Source: Bordetella parapertussis
GTDB taxonomy: Bacteria > Pseudomonadota > Gammaproteobacteria > Burkholderiales > SG8-39
Reading direction: 5' to 3'
Assembly (NCBI GenBank): GCA_945897475.1
Contig: CAMDFL010000001.1
Span: 4,842-68,841 of the forward strand
Length of the DNA: 64,000 nt
Part shown: piece by piece, positions 54,758-64,000 of the stretch
Numbering within the stretch: position 1 is the stretch's first letter
How the letters are laid out: each line of letters opens with the position of its first letter
The notes under the pieces: model-generated
Database searches by the model: none
The model's input: only the letters and a program-made list of their open reading frames with translations
What the model was told of the DNA's origin: nothing
Program-made: the position numbers and the translations under genes

Positions 54758-55291
54758 CTAGCGCAGGAGTTCAAGCGTCACTGCGGCGAGATCCGGGAAA
54801 ATTTGCGTTCCCGCGGGCATGCCACCTTTCTTGCGTGTTTTCCTGCCATTGCCGGACAGAACCAGAAACGGCAGCGCGCCAACGGCGTGCGCTGCCTGTA
54901 GATCGCGAAGACTGTCTCCGACCATGGGAATGCCATGCAGCGGGGTATTGAAGCGCTCGGAAATCGATAAGAGCATGCCTGGATTGGGCTTGCGGCTGGG
55001 TGAATTGGAATCCGGGCTATCGGGACAGTAGAAAACCGCCTCGATTCGACCGCCTGCCTGCATTACAGCCTTATGCATCTTGGCGTGCATTGCGTTCAGG
55101 GTTTCCATGGTAAAAAGCCCGCGCGCAATGCCGGATTGATTGGTGGCGACCGCAATTCGCCAGCCAGACTGGGTAAGCTGGGCGATCGCCTCCAGACTGC
55201 CTGGCAGCGGACGCCACTCGTCGGGATTTTTGATGTACTGGTCGCTGTTATGGTTGATGACGCCGTCGCGATCGAGGATTAATAGCTTCAT
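54758..55291 (-). CDS. gmhB: D-glycero-beta-D-manno-heptose-1,7-bisphosphate 7-phosphatase
   Basis: Start chosen at ATG 55291, overlapping the glyS stop (ATGA). 'LLILDRDGVIN' (DxD HAD motif I), 'VATNQSGIARG', 'RKPNPGML' and 'MVGDSLRD'. Confidence 0.9.
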   Translation of the reverse strand: MKLLILDRDGVINHNSDQYIKNPDEWRPLPGSLEAIAQLTQSGWRIAVATNQSGIARGLFTMETLNAMHAKMHKAVMQAGGRIEAVFYCPDSPDSNSPSRKPNPGMLLSISERFNTPLHGIPMVGDSLRDLQAAHAVGALPFLVLSGNGRKTRKKGGMPAGTQIFPDLAAVTLELLR

Positions 55292-57390
55292 GCTGCGAGC
55301 TTGGAGATATCGGCGACGCGATTCATTTGCTCCCGCAAGTCGCAAAGAAGCGCTAAACGGCTTCTACGCACTACTGGATCGTCCACCATGACCATGATGG
55401 ATTCGAAGAATGCGTCAACCGGGGCCCGCAGCACGGCAAAGGTTTTCAGATACCCGGTGTAATCCCCGTTCTTGAACAAAGGCGTTGCTATTCGGGAGGC
55501 TTCGGCAAGCGCGTTGAATAGTTTGATTTCCGCATCCTCGGTCATTTCCGCGGCGCTTGCATTGCCGTATGACTCGCCCTTGGCTTGGGCTTGTTTCAGG
55601 ATGTTGGCCACCCGTTTATTGGCCGCAGCAAGGCTAGCTGCTTCGGGCAGGCTGGCAAAGGCGCGTACCGCGGCCAACTGACGCGGGACAGGCGCGAGAT
55701 GCTCTGGTTTCATTGACAGCACAGCCTCTATCTCGTTAGCGGTATAGCCGGCATCGCGCAGGTAGCCCCGCATTCGTTCCCTCACAAAGTCCTCAAGCGG
55801 AGTGCGGGCATCGCCTATCATGCCACCGGGGAACACGGAATACGCCATGTTCACCAGCTCGAGAAGCGACACATCAATGCCGCCTTCCACCAGCATTCGA
55901 ATGACCCCGAGCGCATGGCGGCGCAGCGCAAAAGGGTCTTTGTCGCCGCTGGGCTGCTGGCCGATGCCGAACATGCCCGCCAGCGTTTCCAATTTGTCGG
56001 CCAGTGCCAGCGCCAAGGCGACACCTTCCTGCGGCAGGGAATCACCGGCAAAACGCGGCAGATAATGCTGTTCGATAGCAGCCGCCACTCTCGCATCTTC
56101 GCCATCGCCACTCGCGTAGTAGCGGCCCATAATTCCCTGCAATTCGGGAAACTCGCCAACCATATTCGTCACCAGGTCGGCTTTTGCCAGCCACGCGGCG
56201 CGCTCCGCCAGAGTGGGGTCGGCGCCGATGGCACGCGCGATCTGGCCAGCCAGCAATTGCACGCGTGTGGTGCGATCGAGCTGGGTACCCAATTTGTTGT
56301 GGTAGACGACCTTCGCCAACTTCGGCACGCGCGATTCCAGGCGGGTCTTGCTGTCGGATTCGAAGAAAAAGCGCGCGTCCGCCAGACGCGGTCGCACCAC
56401 GCGCTGGTTGCCGTCGATAATATTCTTCGGGTCGGCAAGGCGCATGTTACTGACGATGAGAAAGCGGTTGCTCAGTTTTCCCGAGGACTCAAACAGCGGA
56501 AAATATTTCTGGTTGGTGCGCATGGTCAGCACCAGGCACTCCTGCGGCACCGACAGGAATTCGGATTCGAACTGGCCGGCATACACACTCGGGTATTCCA
56601 CCAGGGCTGTGACTTCGTCCAACAGCGGCTCGACTGATTCCTCAGGACCTAGCGATGCGCCCAGTTCTGCGGCACGTGCGCGTAACTGCGACTCGATTTC
56701 CGAGCGGCGCGCATCGAACGAGGCAATGATCATGCCGTGGGTGGCAAGCGCCTCCTCGTAAGCATCCGCTGACGCTACTTCGATATCCTTTACGCCTTGA
56801 AAGCGATGGCCGTGAGTCAGGCGACCGGCCCTCAGGCCCAGTATCGATACATCTACAATCTCTGCGCCGTGCAGGACCACCAGACCGTGTGCTGGTCGCG
56901 CAAAGCGCACGCTGGTCACGCCATCGGCGAGCTGATAGCTCATCAACTTGGGGATGGGAAGTCGTTCAATCGTATCCTGCAACGCAAGCTGCAATCCCGC
57001 CGCCAGCGTCACCCCGGGAATCATCTGTTTGAGAAAGACGTATTCGATGCCGCCTTCGGCCTTGCGCTCAAGCTGGTCCGCAGTGGCGGCTTCTTTTTCC
57101 AGACGCTTGCCCAGCGCCGCGCTGGGCTTGCCCTCGGCGTCGAAAGCGACCTTGACAGGCATCAATTTTTTTGACTGGTTGCGATCCATTGCGCGAGGGC
57201 GCACGCCGCCGATCAACGCCGCAAGGCGCCGCGGTGTGGCAAATACACGCAAGTCGCCGGAATCGGCTTCCTTCAATTGGGCCTGAATCAGGCATTCCTG
57301 CAGGTGCTCACCGAATCGTTCACCCAATTGCCGCAATGCCCGCGGCGGCAATTCCTCGGTGAAAAGTTCAATCAGGAGATTGGCGTTCAT
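55288..57390 (-). CDS. glyS: Glycine--tRNA ligase beta subunit
   Basis: 700 aa with '[12 protein letters not shown]' at the N-terminus. The start overlaps the glyQ stop. Confidence 0.95.
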   Translation of the reverse strand: MNANLLIELFTEELPPRALRQLGERFGEHLQECLIQAQLKEADSGDLRVFATPRRLAALIGGVRPRAMDRNQSKKLMPVKVAFDAEGKPSAALGKRLEKEAATADQLERKAEGGIEYVFLKQMIPGVTLAAGLQLALQDTIERLPIPKLMSYQLADGVTSVRFARPAHGLVVLHGAEIVDVSILGLRAGRLTHGHRFQGVKDIEVASADAYEEALATHGMIIASFDARRSEIESQLRARAAELGASLGPEESVEPLLDEVTALVEYPSVYAGQFESEFLSVPQECLVLTMRTNQKYFPLFESSGKLSNRFLIVSNMRLADPKNIIDGNQRVVRPRLADARFFFESDSKTRLESRVPKLAKVVYHNKLGTQLDRTTRVQLLAGQIARAIGADPTLAERAAWLAKADLVTNMVGEFPELQGIMGRYYASGDGEDARVAAAIEQHYLPRFAGDSLPQEGVALALALADKLETLAGMFGIGQQPSGDKDPFALRRHALGVIRMLVEGGIDVSLLELVNMAYSVFPGGMIGDARTPLEDFVRERMRGYLRDAGYTANEIEAVLSMKPEHLAPVPRQLAAVRAFASLPEAASLAAANKRVANILKQAQAKGESYGNASAAEMTEDAEIKLFNALAEASRIATPLFKNGDYTGYLKTFAVLRAPVDAFFESIMVMVDDPVVRRSRLALLCDLREQMNRVADISKLAA

Positions 57391-58331
57391 GCCGGCTCGC
57401 GCGCATTAAGCGCTACCCTAAGAGATTCCAGGTCGATACCCAAATGCTGCAATTGGTGCGGCGTGGATAAAGGAAAACCTGTGCGTACTCTGGAGTCGAA
57501 ATACGATTGCGAGACGCTCTTGGCGAGGTTGCGGATACGCCCGATATAGGCGGCCCGTTCGGTGACTGAAATCGCGCCGCGAGCGTCCAGCAGATTGAAT
57601 GTGTGCGCGGCCTTTAGCACTTTTTCATAGGCCGGGAGTGCAAGGCGCGCCAATATCAATCGCTTCGCGTCGGACTCGTGATCGCCGAAATGGCGAAACA
57701 GCATTTCAGTATCCGATTGCTCGAAGTTGTAGGCAGATTGCTCCACTTCGTTCTGATGATAGACATCCCGGTACTTGAGTCCGGGCGTCCAAACAAGATC
57801 GAAAACGTTTTCCACGCCCTGGAGAACCATGGCCAGGCGTTCCAGGCCATAGGTGATTTCACCCATGATCGGCTTGCAGTCGAGCCCGCCCACTTGCTGG
57901 AAATAGGTGAATTGTGTGACTTCCATGCCGTCTAGCCAGACCTCCCAGCCCAGACCCCAGGCGCCCAGGGTGGGATTCTCCCAGTCGTCCTCAACAAAAC
58001 GGATGTCGTGCACGAGGGGATCAAAGCCTGCCGCCTTCAGGGATTCGATATACAGGTCGAGAATGTCGGGCGGCGAGGGTTTGAGCACCACCTGAAATTG
58101 ATAGTAGTGCTGCATGCGGTTGGGATTGTCGCCATAGCGGCCGTCCTTGGGGCGCCGTGAGGGCTGTACATAGGCGGCGTGCCACGGCTCCGGGCCGATG
58201 GCTCGCAGGAAGGTCGCGGTGTGCGAGGTGCCGGCGCCTACCTCAAGATCATAGGGTTGCAGTAGCGCGCAGCCATGGCCTGCCCAGAACTGCTGCAAGC
58301 GAAGTATCAGATCCTGAAAGCTCGACATCAA
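57387..58331 (-). CDS. glyQ: Glycine--tRNA ligase alpha subunit
   Basis: 314 aa with '[31 protein letters not shown]' and '[12 protein letters not shown]'. Confidence 0.95.
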   Translation of the reverse strand: MMSSFQDLILRLQQFWAGHGCALLQPYDLEVGAGTSHTATFLRAIGPEPWHAAYVQPSRRPKDGRYGDNPNRMQHYYQFQVVLKPSPPDILDLYIESLKAAGFDPLVHDIRFVEDDWENPTLGAWGLGWEVWLDGMEVTQFTYFQQVGGLDCKPIMGEITYGLERLAMVLQGVENVFDLVWTPGLKYRDVYHQNEVEQSAYNFEQSDTEMLFRHFGDHESDAKRLILARLALPAYEKVLKAAHTFNLLDARGAISVTERAAYIGRIRNLAKSVSQSYFDSRVRTGFPLSTPHQLQHLGIDLESLRVALNAREPA

Positions 58332-58387
58332 AGAGCGCCGCGCATGGTGATGAATAAGGCCGCGATTTTACCGGCATTTGGGACGGC

Positions 58388-59926
58388 TCAGGCCGAAGCG
58401 GGCGGGCTTTCGCGCGAAATCGTGCGACGCCGAACAAAAATAAATATTCCCGCAGCGAGCGACATGGCGCAAATGGCCAATGCCAGGTTGTTGCCAACGC
58501 GCACGTAAGGCGTGGCATTGACAAATGGCTGCGCTTTGCCATGCAGCACCCCCTCGGTGAACAGCGGTAATTGCGCGTTCACGTGGCCGCGCTCACTGAT
58601 GATGGCGGTGACACCGGTATTGGTGGCACGCACCATAAAACGTCCAGTCTCGATGGCGCGCATGCGCGAGATCTGCAGGTGTTGCCCGGGAGCAAGAGAG
58701 TCGCCAAACCAGGCAACATTGGACAGGTTCGCGAGCAATGTCGCCTCAGGTAGTTGGGCAATCAGTTCCTCGCCAAAAGCATCCTCATAACAGACTGTGA
58801 CGCCGATGCGCTCACCCGCCGCCAGCAGGGGGCGGGGTCGCAAACCCGGCGAAAAATCCGATAGCGGGATGTGCAACATGGCGACAATCCATTTGAACTC
58901 TGGCGGTACAAACTCACCCAAAGGAACCAGGTGCGATTTTGCGTAGAACTGCAAACCCGAGTGTCCGAGATTGATGACCCCGTTGAAGTAACTGCCGCTG
59001 TTGTTTCGAAATGGCGCGCCTAACAACACATCGCCGCCACGGCGGCGGGCAAGCTCGGTGAGTCCGTCCAGATAGGCCGGATCGACCAGATCGAGAAGCC
59101 TCGGCACGGCGGTCTCTGGCAGCACGATCAATTGCGCGGGACTGGCTTCAATCAGACGCGCGTAAGTCGCCAAGGTCGATGCATAGTGCGCCGGTTCGAA
59201 CTTCAGATTCTGCGGGATATTGCCTTGTATCAATGCCACCGGTACTGGCTCGCCGTGGGCTTTGACCCAATTGATTTCGCGCAATATCGCACCTGAACCA
59301 ATCAGTATCACGGTGATCGCCAGGAGTGTCTGCCGCGTTCGCAGCGGGCCTGCCAGGCAAGCTGCGGCAAGCGATCCTGCGGCGAGCATGCTCGCCAGGG
59401 AAACCCCATAAACGCCCAATAACGGCGCGTATCCTGAAAAGGGCGTGTCGATTTGCGAGTAAGCCACGGAGAGCCAGGGGAATCCGGTCAAAAGCCAGCC
59501 GCGCATCCATTCGGTGAGGACCCACAGTGGCGGCGCCAGCAACGTCGCCCGAACCCATGGTGGGGCCTCAAGGCGCGCCTGCAAGGAACCGGTGAGCGCC
59601 GGAAATAACGCAAGATAGGCGCAAAAAAGCACGGTGGTGGTCGCAGCCAACGGCGCGGGCATCATGCCAAACTGGTGCAGGCTGATGTACACCCAGGAGG
59701 TGCCCGTGCCGAAAAAGCCCGCGCCAAACAAAAATCCATTCAGTGCCGCTTCGCGTGGCGCGGGCGTGCGAAGCCATACAAGAATAAGCGCCGTGAAGCA
59801 CGCGCCGCTCAACCAAGGCAGGCCCGTTGGAGAAAATCCGCTGACCGCGCCCACACCGGCAGCCAAAGCTAGCAGGGCTCGTTGCCAGCGGGTGGCCAGT
59901 ATTCGTTCGGAAATCGCCGCTATCAA
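58388..59926 (-). CDS. lnt: Apolipoprotein N-acyltransferase
   Basis: 512 aa. A polytopic N-terminal half is followed by a nitrilase-like domain with 'VTVCYEDAFGEE' (catalytic Cys) and 'LSNVAWFG'. Confidence 0.9.
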   Translation of the reverse strand: MIAAISERILATRWQRALLALAAGVGAVSGFSPTGLPWLSGACFTALILVWLRTPAPREAALNGFLFGAGFFGTGTSWVYISLHQFGMMPAPLAATTTVLFCAYLALFPALTGSLQARLEAPPWVRATLLAPPLWVLTEWMRGWLLTGFPWLSVAYSQIDTPFSGYAPLLGVYGVSLASMLAAGSLAAACLAGPLRTRQTLLAITVILIGSGAILREINWVKAHGEPVPVALIQGNIPQNLKFEPAHYASTLATYARLIEASPAQLIVLPETAVPRLLDLVDPAYLDGLTELARRRGGDVLLGAPFRNNSGSYFNGVINLGHSGLQFYAKSHLVPLGEFVPPEFKWIVAMLHIPLSDFSPGLRPRPLLAAGERIGVTVCYEDAFGEELIAQLPEATLLANLSNVAWFGDSLAPGQHLQISRMRAIETGRFMVRATNTGVTAIISERGHVNAQLPLFTEGVLHGKAQPFVNATPYVRVGNNLALAICAMSLAAGIFIFVRRRTISRESPPASA

Positions 59927-60753
59927 GCTATTCCGGGAAGCTTTTGCACGGTCAGCAGATGTAGCCGGCGGCTGTCGGCGCGAAGCACCGAAATTCGGAG
60001 ACCCAGAAGAACGGTGGATTCACCTCGCTTGGGCAGGCGGCCAAAACTGTCGATCAGCAATCCGCCGACAGTATCGAATTCCTGGTCCGAAAATGCTGTC
60101 CCGAAAGCCCGATTGAAATCGGCGATCTCGGTTTGCGCCTTGACCCGATACTGCCCGCCGGTTTCGCCGACGATGTTGTCCACGGTTTCGTCGAAATCGT
60201 ATTCGTCCTCAATATCGCCGACGATTTGTTCCAGCACATCCTCGATTGTGATGATGCCGGCAATGCCGCCGTACTCATCGACCACGATGGCCATGTGATT
60301 GCGGTTGGCTCGAAAATCCCGTAGCAATACGTTGAGCGGCTTGGATTCCGGGACGAACACCGCTGGGCGCAGCATTTCGCGCACGCTGAACTCTTCCTCG
60401 CCGGCGTAGTAACGCAACAGATCCTTGGCCAGCAGGACGCCGATGACATTGTCGCGATTTTTATCGATGACAGGAAAGCGCGAGTGCGCGGTTTCAATCA
60501 CAAAGGGAATGAATTTGTCGGGCGTTTCGGCGATGTCGATGACATCCATCTGCGCACGCGGCACCATGATGTCGCGCACCCGCATCTCCGAGACCTGCAT
60601 CACCCCTTCGGTCATCGACAGCGCGTCAGCATCCAGAAGGTCGCGTTCGTGCGCTGAGCGCAATAATTCCAGCAATTGCTTGCGATCCTGCGGCTCACGC
60701 ATCAGCATCGCCGAGAGCCGCTCCAAAAGAGAGGGTTTGTCGCTGTCGTTCAT
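59923..60753 (-). CDS. corC: HlyC/CorC-family transporter-associated protein (CBS pair + CorC_HlyC domain)
   Basis: 276 aa with 'VRDIMVPRAQM' and 'HMAIVVDEYGGIAGIITIEDVLEQIVGDIEDE'. It follows ybeY, as in ybeZ-ybeY-corC-lnt. Confidence 0.9.
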   Translation of the reverse strand: MNDSDKPSLLERLSAMLMREPQDRKQLLELLRSAHERDLLDADALSMTEGVMQVSEMRVRDIMVPRAQMDVIDIAETPDKFIPFVIETAHSRFPVIDKNRDNVIGVLLAKDLLRYYAGEEEFSVREMLRPAVFVPESKPLNVLLRDFRANRNHMAIVVDEYGGIAGIITIEDVLEQIVGDIEDEYDFDETVDNIVGETGGQYRVKAQTEIADFNRAFGTAFSDQEFDTVGGLLIDSFGRLPKRGESTVLLGLRISVLRADSRRLHLLTVQKLPGIA

Positions 60754-60795
60754 AGTCTATGGTTCACGGTCTATGTTCTACGGTCTATGTTTCAC
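60754..60795 (-). repeat. 3 x 14-nt tandem repeat abutting the corC start codon
   Basis: The minus-strand units are GTGAAACATAGACC, GTAGAACATAGACC and GTGAACCATAGACT, followed by the corC start ATGAACGAC. Confidence 0.9.
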
Positions 60796-60818
60796 GGAAT
60801 ATTGGTTTGGCATGCGGC

Positions 60819-61274
60819 TCACAGATACGGATCGGGAAATCCCAGTATGCGCAGAATGCGCCTTTCACGGTTTTCCATGAGGTGGGCAGCTGCGCTGGTA
60901 TTGTGATCATAACCACGCAAATGCAGCACGCCATGCACCGTCAGATGCGCGTAATGAGCAGCAATCGTTTTTTGCTGTTCGCGCGCTTCGCGAGAGACCA
61001 CCGACGCGCACAAAACAACGTCGCCGCAGGTTTTTCGCCCCGTTTCGTACGCGAAGGAAAGCACATTGGTGGCGTAGTCCTTGCTGCGGTAACGGCGGTT
61101 GAGCGCGCGCGCCTCCCTTCCATCAACGACTCGTACGGTGATTTCGGCACGCGAACCAAGGGCCGCAAGCGCCCAGCTGCGCAGCTTAGCGCCGGGCGGA
61201 ACTCCTTGCGCGCGGGCAGCTATTTGCACGCATACATTCTGCAGGCTTGCATTCGCGCCCGATGATGACTTCAT
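60819..61274 (-). CDS. ybeY: rRNA maturation endoribonuclease YbeY
   Basis: 151 aa with 'HLTVHGVLHLRGYDH' (H-x3-H-x5-H zinc motif). Confidence 0.88.
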   Translation of the reverse strand: MKSSSGANASLQNVCVQIAARAQGVPPGAKLRSWALAALGSRAEITVRVVDGREARALNRRYRSKDYATNVLSFAYETGRKTCGDVVLCASVVSREAREQQKTIAAHYAHLTVHGVLHLRGYDHNTSAAAHLMENRERRILRILGFPDPYL

Positions 61275-62266
61275 TGCGCTGGCTTCAGGTCGTCACTTTC
61301 GTAGGCGTCGACAATACGTTGCACCAGTGGGTGGCGCACCACGTCTTTCGAGGTGAAGGTCGAGAAGGCAATGCCGCGGACATCCGCCAATACCTTGCGG
61401 GCATTGGCAAGGCCGCTTAGATGGCCGCGCGGCAAATCGACCTGGGTCACGTCGCCGTTGACTACGACTTTGGAGCCAAATCCGATTCGGGTGAGAAACA
61501 TTTTCATCTGTTCGGGCGTGGTGTTCTGCGCCTCGTCCAGAATAATGAAGGAATGATTGAGGGTGCGTCCACGCATGTAGGCCAGAGGCGCGAGTTCTAT
61601 GGCGGCACGTTCAAACAGCTTGCCCACCTTGTCGAATCCCAGCAGGTCGTACAGCGCATCGTACAAAGGCCTTAGATAGGGATCGACTTTCTGCGCGAGA
61701 TCTCCAGGAAGAAATCCCAGCCGCTCTCCGGCTTCCACCGCGGGTCGCACCAGCACGATGCGTTTGACCGTATCGCGCTCCAGAGCGTCCACGGCGCATG
61801 CGACCGCCAGATAGGTTTTGCCGGTGCCGGCGGGCCCGATGGCGAAGGTAATGTCGTTGGCGAGGATGGCCCTCAAGTAGGCGCGCTGATTGGGTGTTCG
61901 GCCTCTCAGGTCGGGTTTGCGGGTGGCCAGTATGGGCGCCTTGGGCTCATCGGCTGGCGTGTCTTCGCGCGCCTCGACCAGAGAGAGTTGAATAGCCTCA
62001 ACGGTCAGCGCACGCGAGCATTCGCCATAGAATTGCTTCAGCGCTTGTGCGGCCCTGGCCGTATTCGCCGCATCTCCCCGCAGGGAAAAATTTTCGCCGC
62101 GCCGCGCGATGCTCACATCCATGGCGCTCTCGATCTGCCTGAGATTTTCGTCCATCACGCCGCAAAGATTGGCCAGACGCGGGTTGTCGACCGGGGAGAA
62201 TTGAAGTTCGACAGGTGCTTGCTTCCTATCGACATCTGTACGCTTCATATCGACTGAACGCTTCAT
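61271..62266 (-). CDS. ybeZ: PhoH-like ATPase
   Basis: 331 aa with '[15 protein letters not shown]' (Walker A) and 'FIILDEAQN' (Walker B). The start region is tandemly duplicated, so the true start may be 62266 or 62248. Confidence 0.9.
   Translation of the reverse strand: MKRSVDMKRTDVDRKQAPVELQFSPVDNPRLANLCGVMDENLRQIESAMDVSIARRGENFSLRGDAANTARAAQALKQFYGECSRALTVEAIQLSLVEAREDTPADEPKAPILATRKPDLRGRTPNQRAYLRAILANDITFAIGPAGTGKTYLAVACAVDALERDTVKRIVLVRPAVEAGERLGFLPGDLAQKVDPYLRPLYDALYDLLGFDKVGKLFERAAIELAPLAYMRGRTLNHSFIILDEAQNTTPEQMKMFLTRIGFGSKVVVNGDVTQVDLPRGHLSGLANARKVLADVRGIAFSTFTSKDVVRHPLVQRIVDAYESDDLKPAQ
62231..62266 (-). repeat. 18-nt-spaced duplication of the ybeZ (phoH-like) start region
   Basis: On the minus strand GATATGAAGCGT occurs twice, 18 nt apart and in frame, giving [13 protein letters not shown]. 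The first ATG overlaps the miaB stop (ATGA). Confidence 0.85.
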
Positions 62267-63609
62267 ATCGCGACCGCCGCCGCGGAGCTCAACTCCCCGC
62301 GCAGGGTGTGGCGTCTGGCCTCTGTGATTCGCACCGGCTCGAAGCGCCCGATGAGCGCCGCATCGCCTGGAAAATTGACAGTTCGATTGTTGCTAGTCCG
62401 CCCGGTGAGCTCCCCAGGGTCTTTTGCCGAGCGCGATTCGATCAATAACAACTGCGTGCCGCCGACCATGCGCTCGCTAATGGCCATTTCAAGCTGGTCC
62501 TGTGTTTTCTGCAATCGATACAAGCGTTCGAGTTTTTGCTGATGTGGCGTAGCGTCGTCAAGTGAGGCGGCGGGAGTGCCGGGCCGCGGGCTGTAGAGGA
62601 AGGAGTAGGAGGTGTCAAAGCCAATGTCCTCGACCAGCGCCAAGGTGGCGTCGAAATCCGCTTCGGATTCACCTGGAAATCCAACGATGATATCCGTTCC
62701 GATGGAAATATCGGGTCGCGCGGCGCGCAGGCGCCGAACGATCGATTTGTACTCGAGCGTGGTGTAGCCGCGTTTCATGGCGGCAAGTATGCGGTCGCAG
62801 CCTGATTGGATAGGCAGATGCACGTGGGCGGCGAGTTTTCCTATGCGGGCGTGGGCGTCTATCAAGCGCGGCGTGACATCGCGGGGGTGCGATGTGAAGT
62901 AGCGGATCCTGTCGATACCCGGAATCTCGGCAACGTGTTCAAGTAACAGTGTGAAATCGCACTGTTCCGTGGTGTGGGAGGAATGGTCGCGATAGGCATT
63001 CACGTTTTGCCCGAGCAGCGTGATCTCTTTGACCCCGCTTATCGCCAGCGCCGCGATCTCATCGAGCACGTCGGGAAGCGGTCGCGATACTTCCTCGCCT
63101 CGCGTATAGGGGACGACGCAGAAGCTGCAATATTTACTGCATCCTTCCATGATCGAGACAAATGCCGTGGGTCCGGTGGTGCGAGGCGCAGGCAAATGGT
63201 CGAATTTTTCGATTTCTGGAAAGGAAATGTCGATTTGCGATTTGCCCGAACTGCGTCGCGCAGCGAGGAGGGCCGGCAAACGATGCAGTGTCTGCGGACC
63301 AAATACGACATCGACAAACGGAGCGCGCCGAACGATGTTTCCACCTTCCTGGCTGGCGACACAACCGCCGACGCCTATCAACAAATTCGGATTGGCCCGT
63401 TTCAAGTCGCGCACGCGACCCAGATCGTGAAATACTCTTTCCTGCGCACGCTCGCGCACCGAGCAAGTGTTGAAAAGGATCAGATCGGCGTCCTCGGGCC
63501 GGTCGGTCCGCTCGTAGCCTTCCGCCTCATATAGCACGTCGGCCATCTTGTCCGAGTCGTACTCGTTCATTTGACAACCGAAGGTGCGAAGAAATAGTTT
63601 CTTGGTCAT
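62263..63609 (-). CDS. miaB: tRNA-2-methylthio-N6-dimethylallyladenosine synthase
   Basis: 448 aa with '[11 protein letters not shown]' (UPF0004 cluster), '[16 protein letters not shown]' (radical-SAM CxxxCxxC) and a C-terminal TRAM domain. Confidence 0.95.
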   Translation of the reverse strand: MTKKLFLRTFGCQMNEYDSDKMADVLYEAEGYERTDRPEDADLILFNTCSVRERAQERVFHDLGRVRDLKRANPNLLIGVGGCVASQEGGNIVRRAPFVDVVFGPQTLHRLPALLAARRSSGKSQIDISFPEIEKFDHLPAPRTTGPTAFVSIMEGCSKYCSFCVVPYTRGEEVSRPLPDVLDEIAALAISGVKEITLLGQNVNAYRDHSSHTTEQCDFTLLLEHVAEIPGIDRIRYFTSHPRDVTPRLIDAHARIGKLAAHVHLPIQSGCDRILAAMKRGYTTLEYKSIVRRLRAARPDISIGTDIIVGFPGESEADFDATLALVEDIGFDTSYSFLYSPRPGTPAASLDDATPHQQKLERLYRLQKTQDQLEMAISERMVGGTQLLLIESRSAKDPGELTGRTSNNRTVNFPGDAALIGRFEPVRITEARRHTLRGELSSAAAVAI

Positions 63610-63650
63610 GACTGTTTTGTTAATGGGGCTCGCCCTTGCTGGCCGTTCTA

Positions 63651-63710
63651 TTGGATTTTCAACGCAATCATTGAAATTTCAAAGCAATCATTGAAGTTTC
63701 AACGCAATCA
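63651..63710 (-). repeat. 3 x 20-nt tandem repeat between the upstream gene's stop and miaB
   Basis: The minus-strand units are TGATTGCGTTGAAACTTCAA, TGATTGCTTTGAAATTTCAA and TGATTGCGTTGAAAATCCAA. They start directly after the TAA at 63711-63713. Confidence 0.95.
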
Positions 63711-64000
63711 TTAGCGTCGCGGCCTCTGTCTGGCGGCTTCCTCGGGAGTGATTAGCCAGGCGCGGGCGACTTGCCCGGCGATATCAAGCTGAAACTCCGC
63801 CAGCGCCCCGCCAGGTGGCAAAGAGGCGGGAACCACGATGAAATTTCGCTGGTCTCGGATAGTGCCACCTGGCGCCATCTGAATCGGCCTCTCGTCAATG
63901 GCAATAAGGTTTTCCTGGACATGTCGCAACCAACCGCGCTGCACGTCCTCTGGAATAAGTCGCAGTTGCGCCCAGGCGCTGTTGGCGAGGCATAGTGCGA
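63711..64000 (-). CDS. Hypothetical protein, 3' end only (reading frame stays open to the window edge)
   Basis: The frame of the listed 63711-63944 ORF has no stop codon between 63945 and 64000, so the gene probably starts beyond the window. I recognise no motif. Confidence 0.4.
   Translation of the reverse strand, partial: ALCLANSAWAQLRLIPEDVQRGWLRHVQENLIAIDERPIQMAPGGTIRDQRNFIVVPASLPPGGALAEFQLDIAGQVARAWLITPEEAARQRPRR

Noticed and set aside
1-64000. tRNA, rRNA, tmRNA and riboswitch genes
   Set aside because: I inspected all intergenic gaps over 80 nt and saw no cloverleaf-compatible or otherwise recognisable RNA-gene sequence. This is a by-eye negative only and should be confirmed with tRNAscan-SE or Infernal.

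Overview
The window reads as a moderately GC-rich chromosomal segment of a Gram-negative proteobacterium. I call about 60 protein-coding genes. By eye I found no rRNA, tRNA, CRISPR array, cas gene, transposase or integrase. All calls rest on motif and architecture recognition from the supplied translations, and no database search was possible.

Positions 24-64 kb are housekeeping synteny blocks:
- hemA-prfA-prmC-grxD
- argH, divergent from algZ/algR-like-hemC-hemD-hemX-hemY
- hemF-purD-purH-fis-dusB (minus strand)
- ubiH-pepP
- murU-amgK, divergent from lptD-surA-pdxA-rsmA
- plsC-gmhB-glyS-glyQ
- lnt-corC-ybeY-ybeZ-miaB

Positions 0.6-24 kb look accessory and split into two parts.
- (a) A compact same-strand cluster encodes ACP, KAS III, two SDR reductases, a NeuD/PglD-type hexapeptide acyltransferase, and a tandemly duplicated two-gene module (Rieske non-heme-iron oxygenase plus divergent hexapeptide-repeat protein). 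It is flanked by a TPR/GT41 OGT-like glycosyltransferase, a Sel1-repeat protein, a DegT-type aminotransferase and an argininosuccinate-lyase paralogue. I cannot match this composition to a characterised pathway, and it is my best candidate for an undescribed system.
- (b) A catabolic-looking patchwork holds two orphan Bug/TctC binding proteins, a metal-site-degenerate M24 protein, a VOC protein, a cupin, an FAD aromatic hydroxylase, an FAH-family enzyme and an alpha/beta hydrolase. pyrF is embedded in it.

The second unusual layer is non-coding: many short tandem repeat arrays.
- Several sit exactly on translation starts (purD, corC, ybeZ, the M48 gene, and upstream of miaB). Three of these have periods of 20, 20 and 14 nt (each 2 mod 3) and units beginning NTGA, so they encode chains of 5-7-codon mini-ORFs whose stop overlaps the next start.
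- A separate 18-21-nt repeat family (AGTATCAGAGCGGTCTAAT-like) recurs at four intergenic loci. Two of those arrays are inverted and bracket 52.0-54.7 kb.
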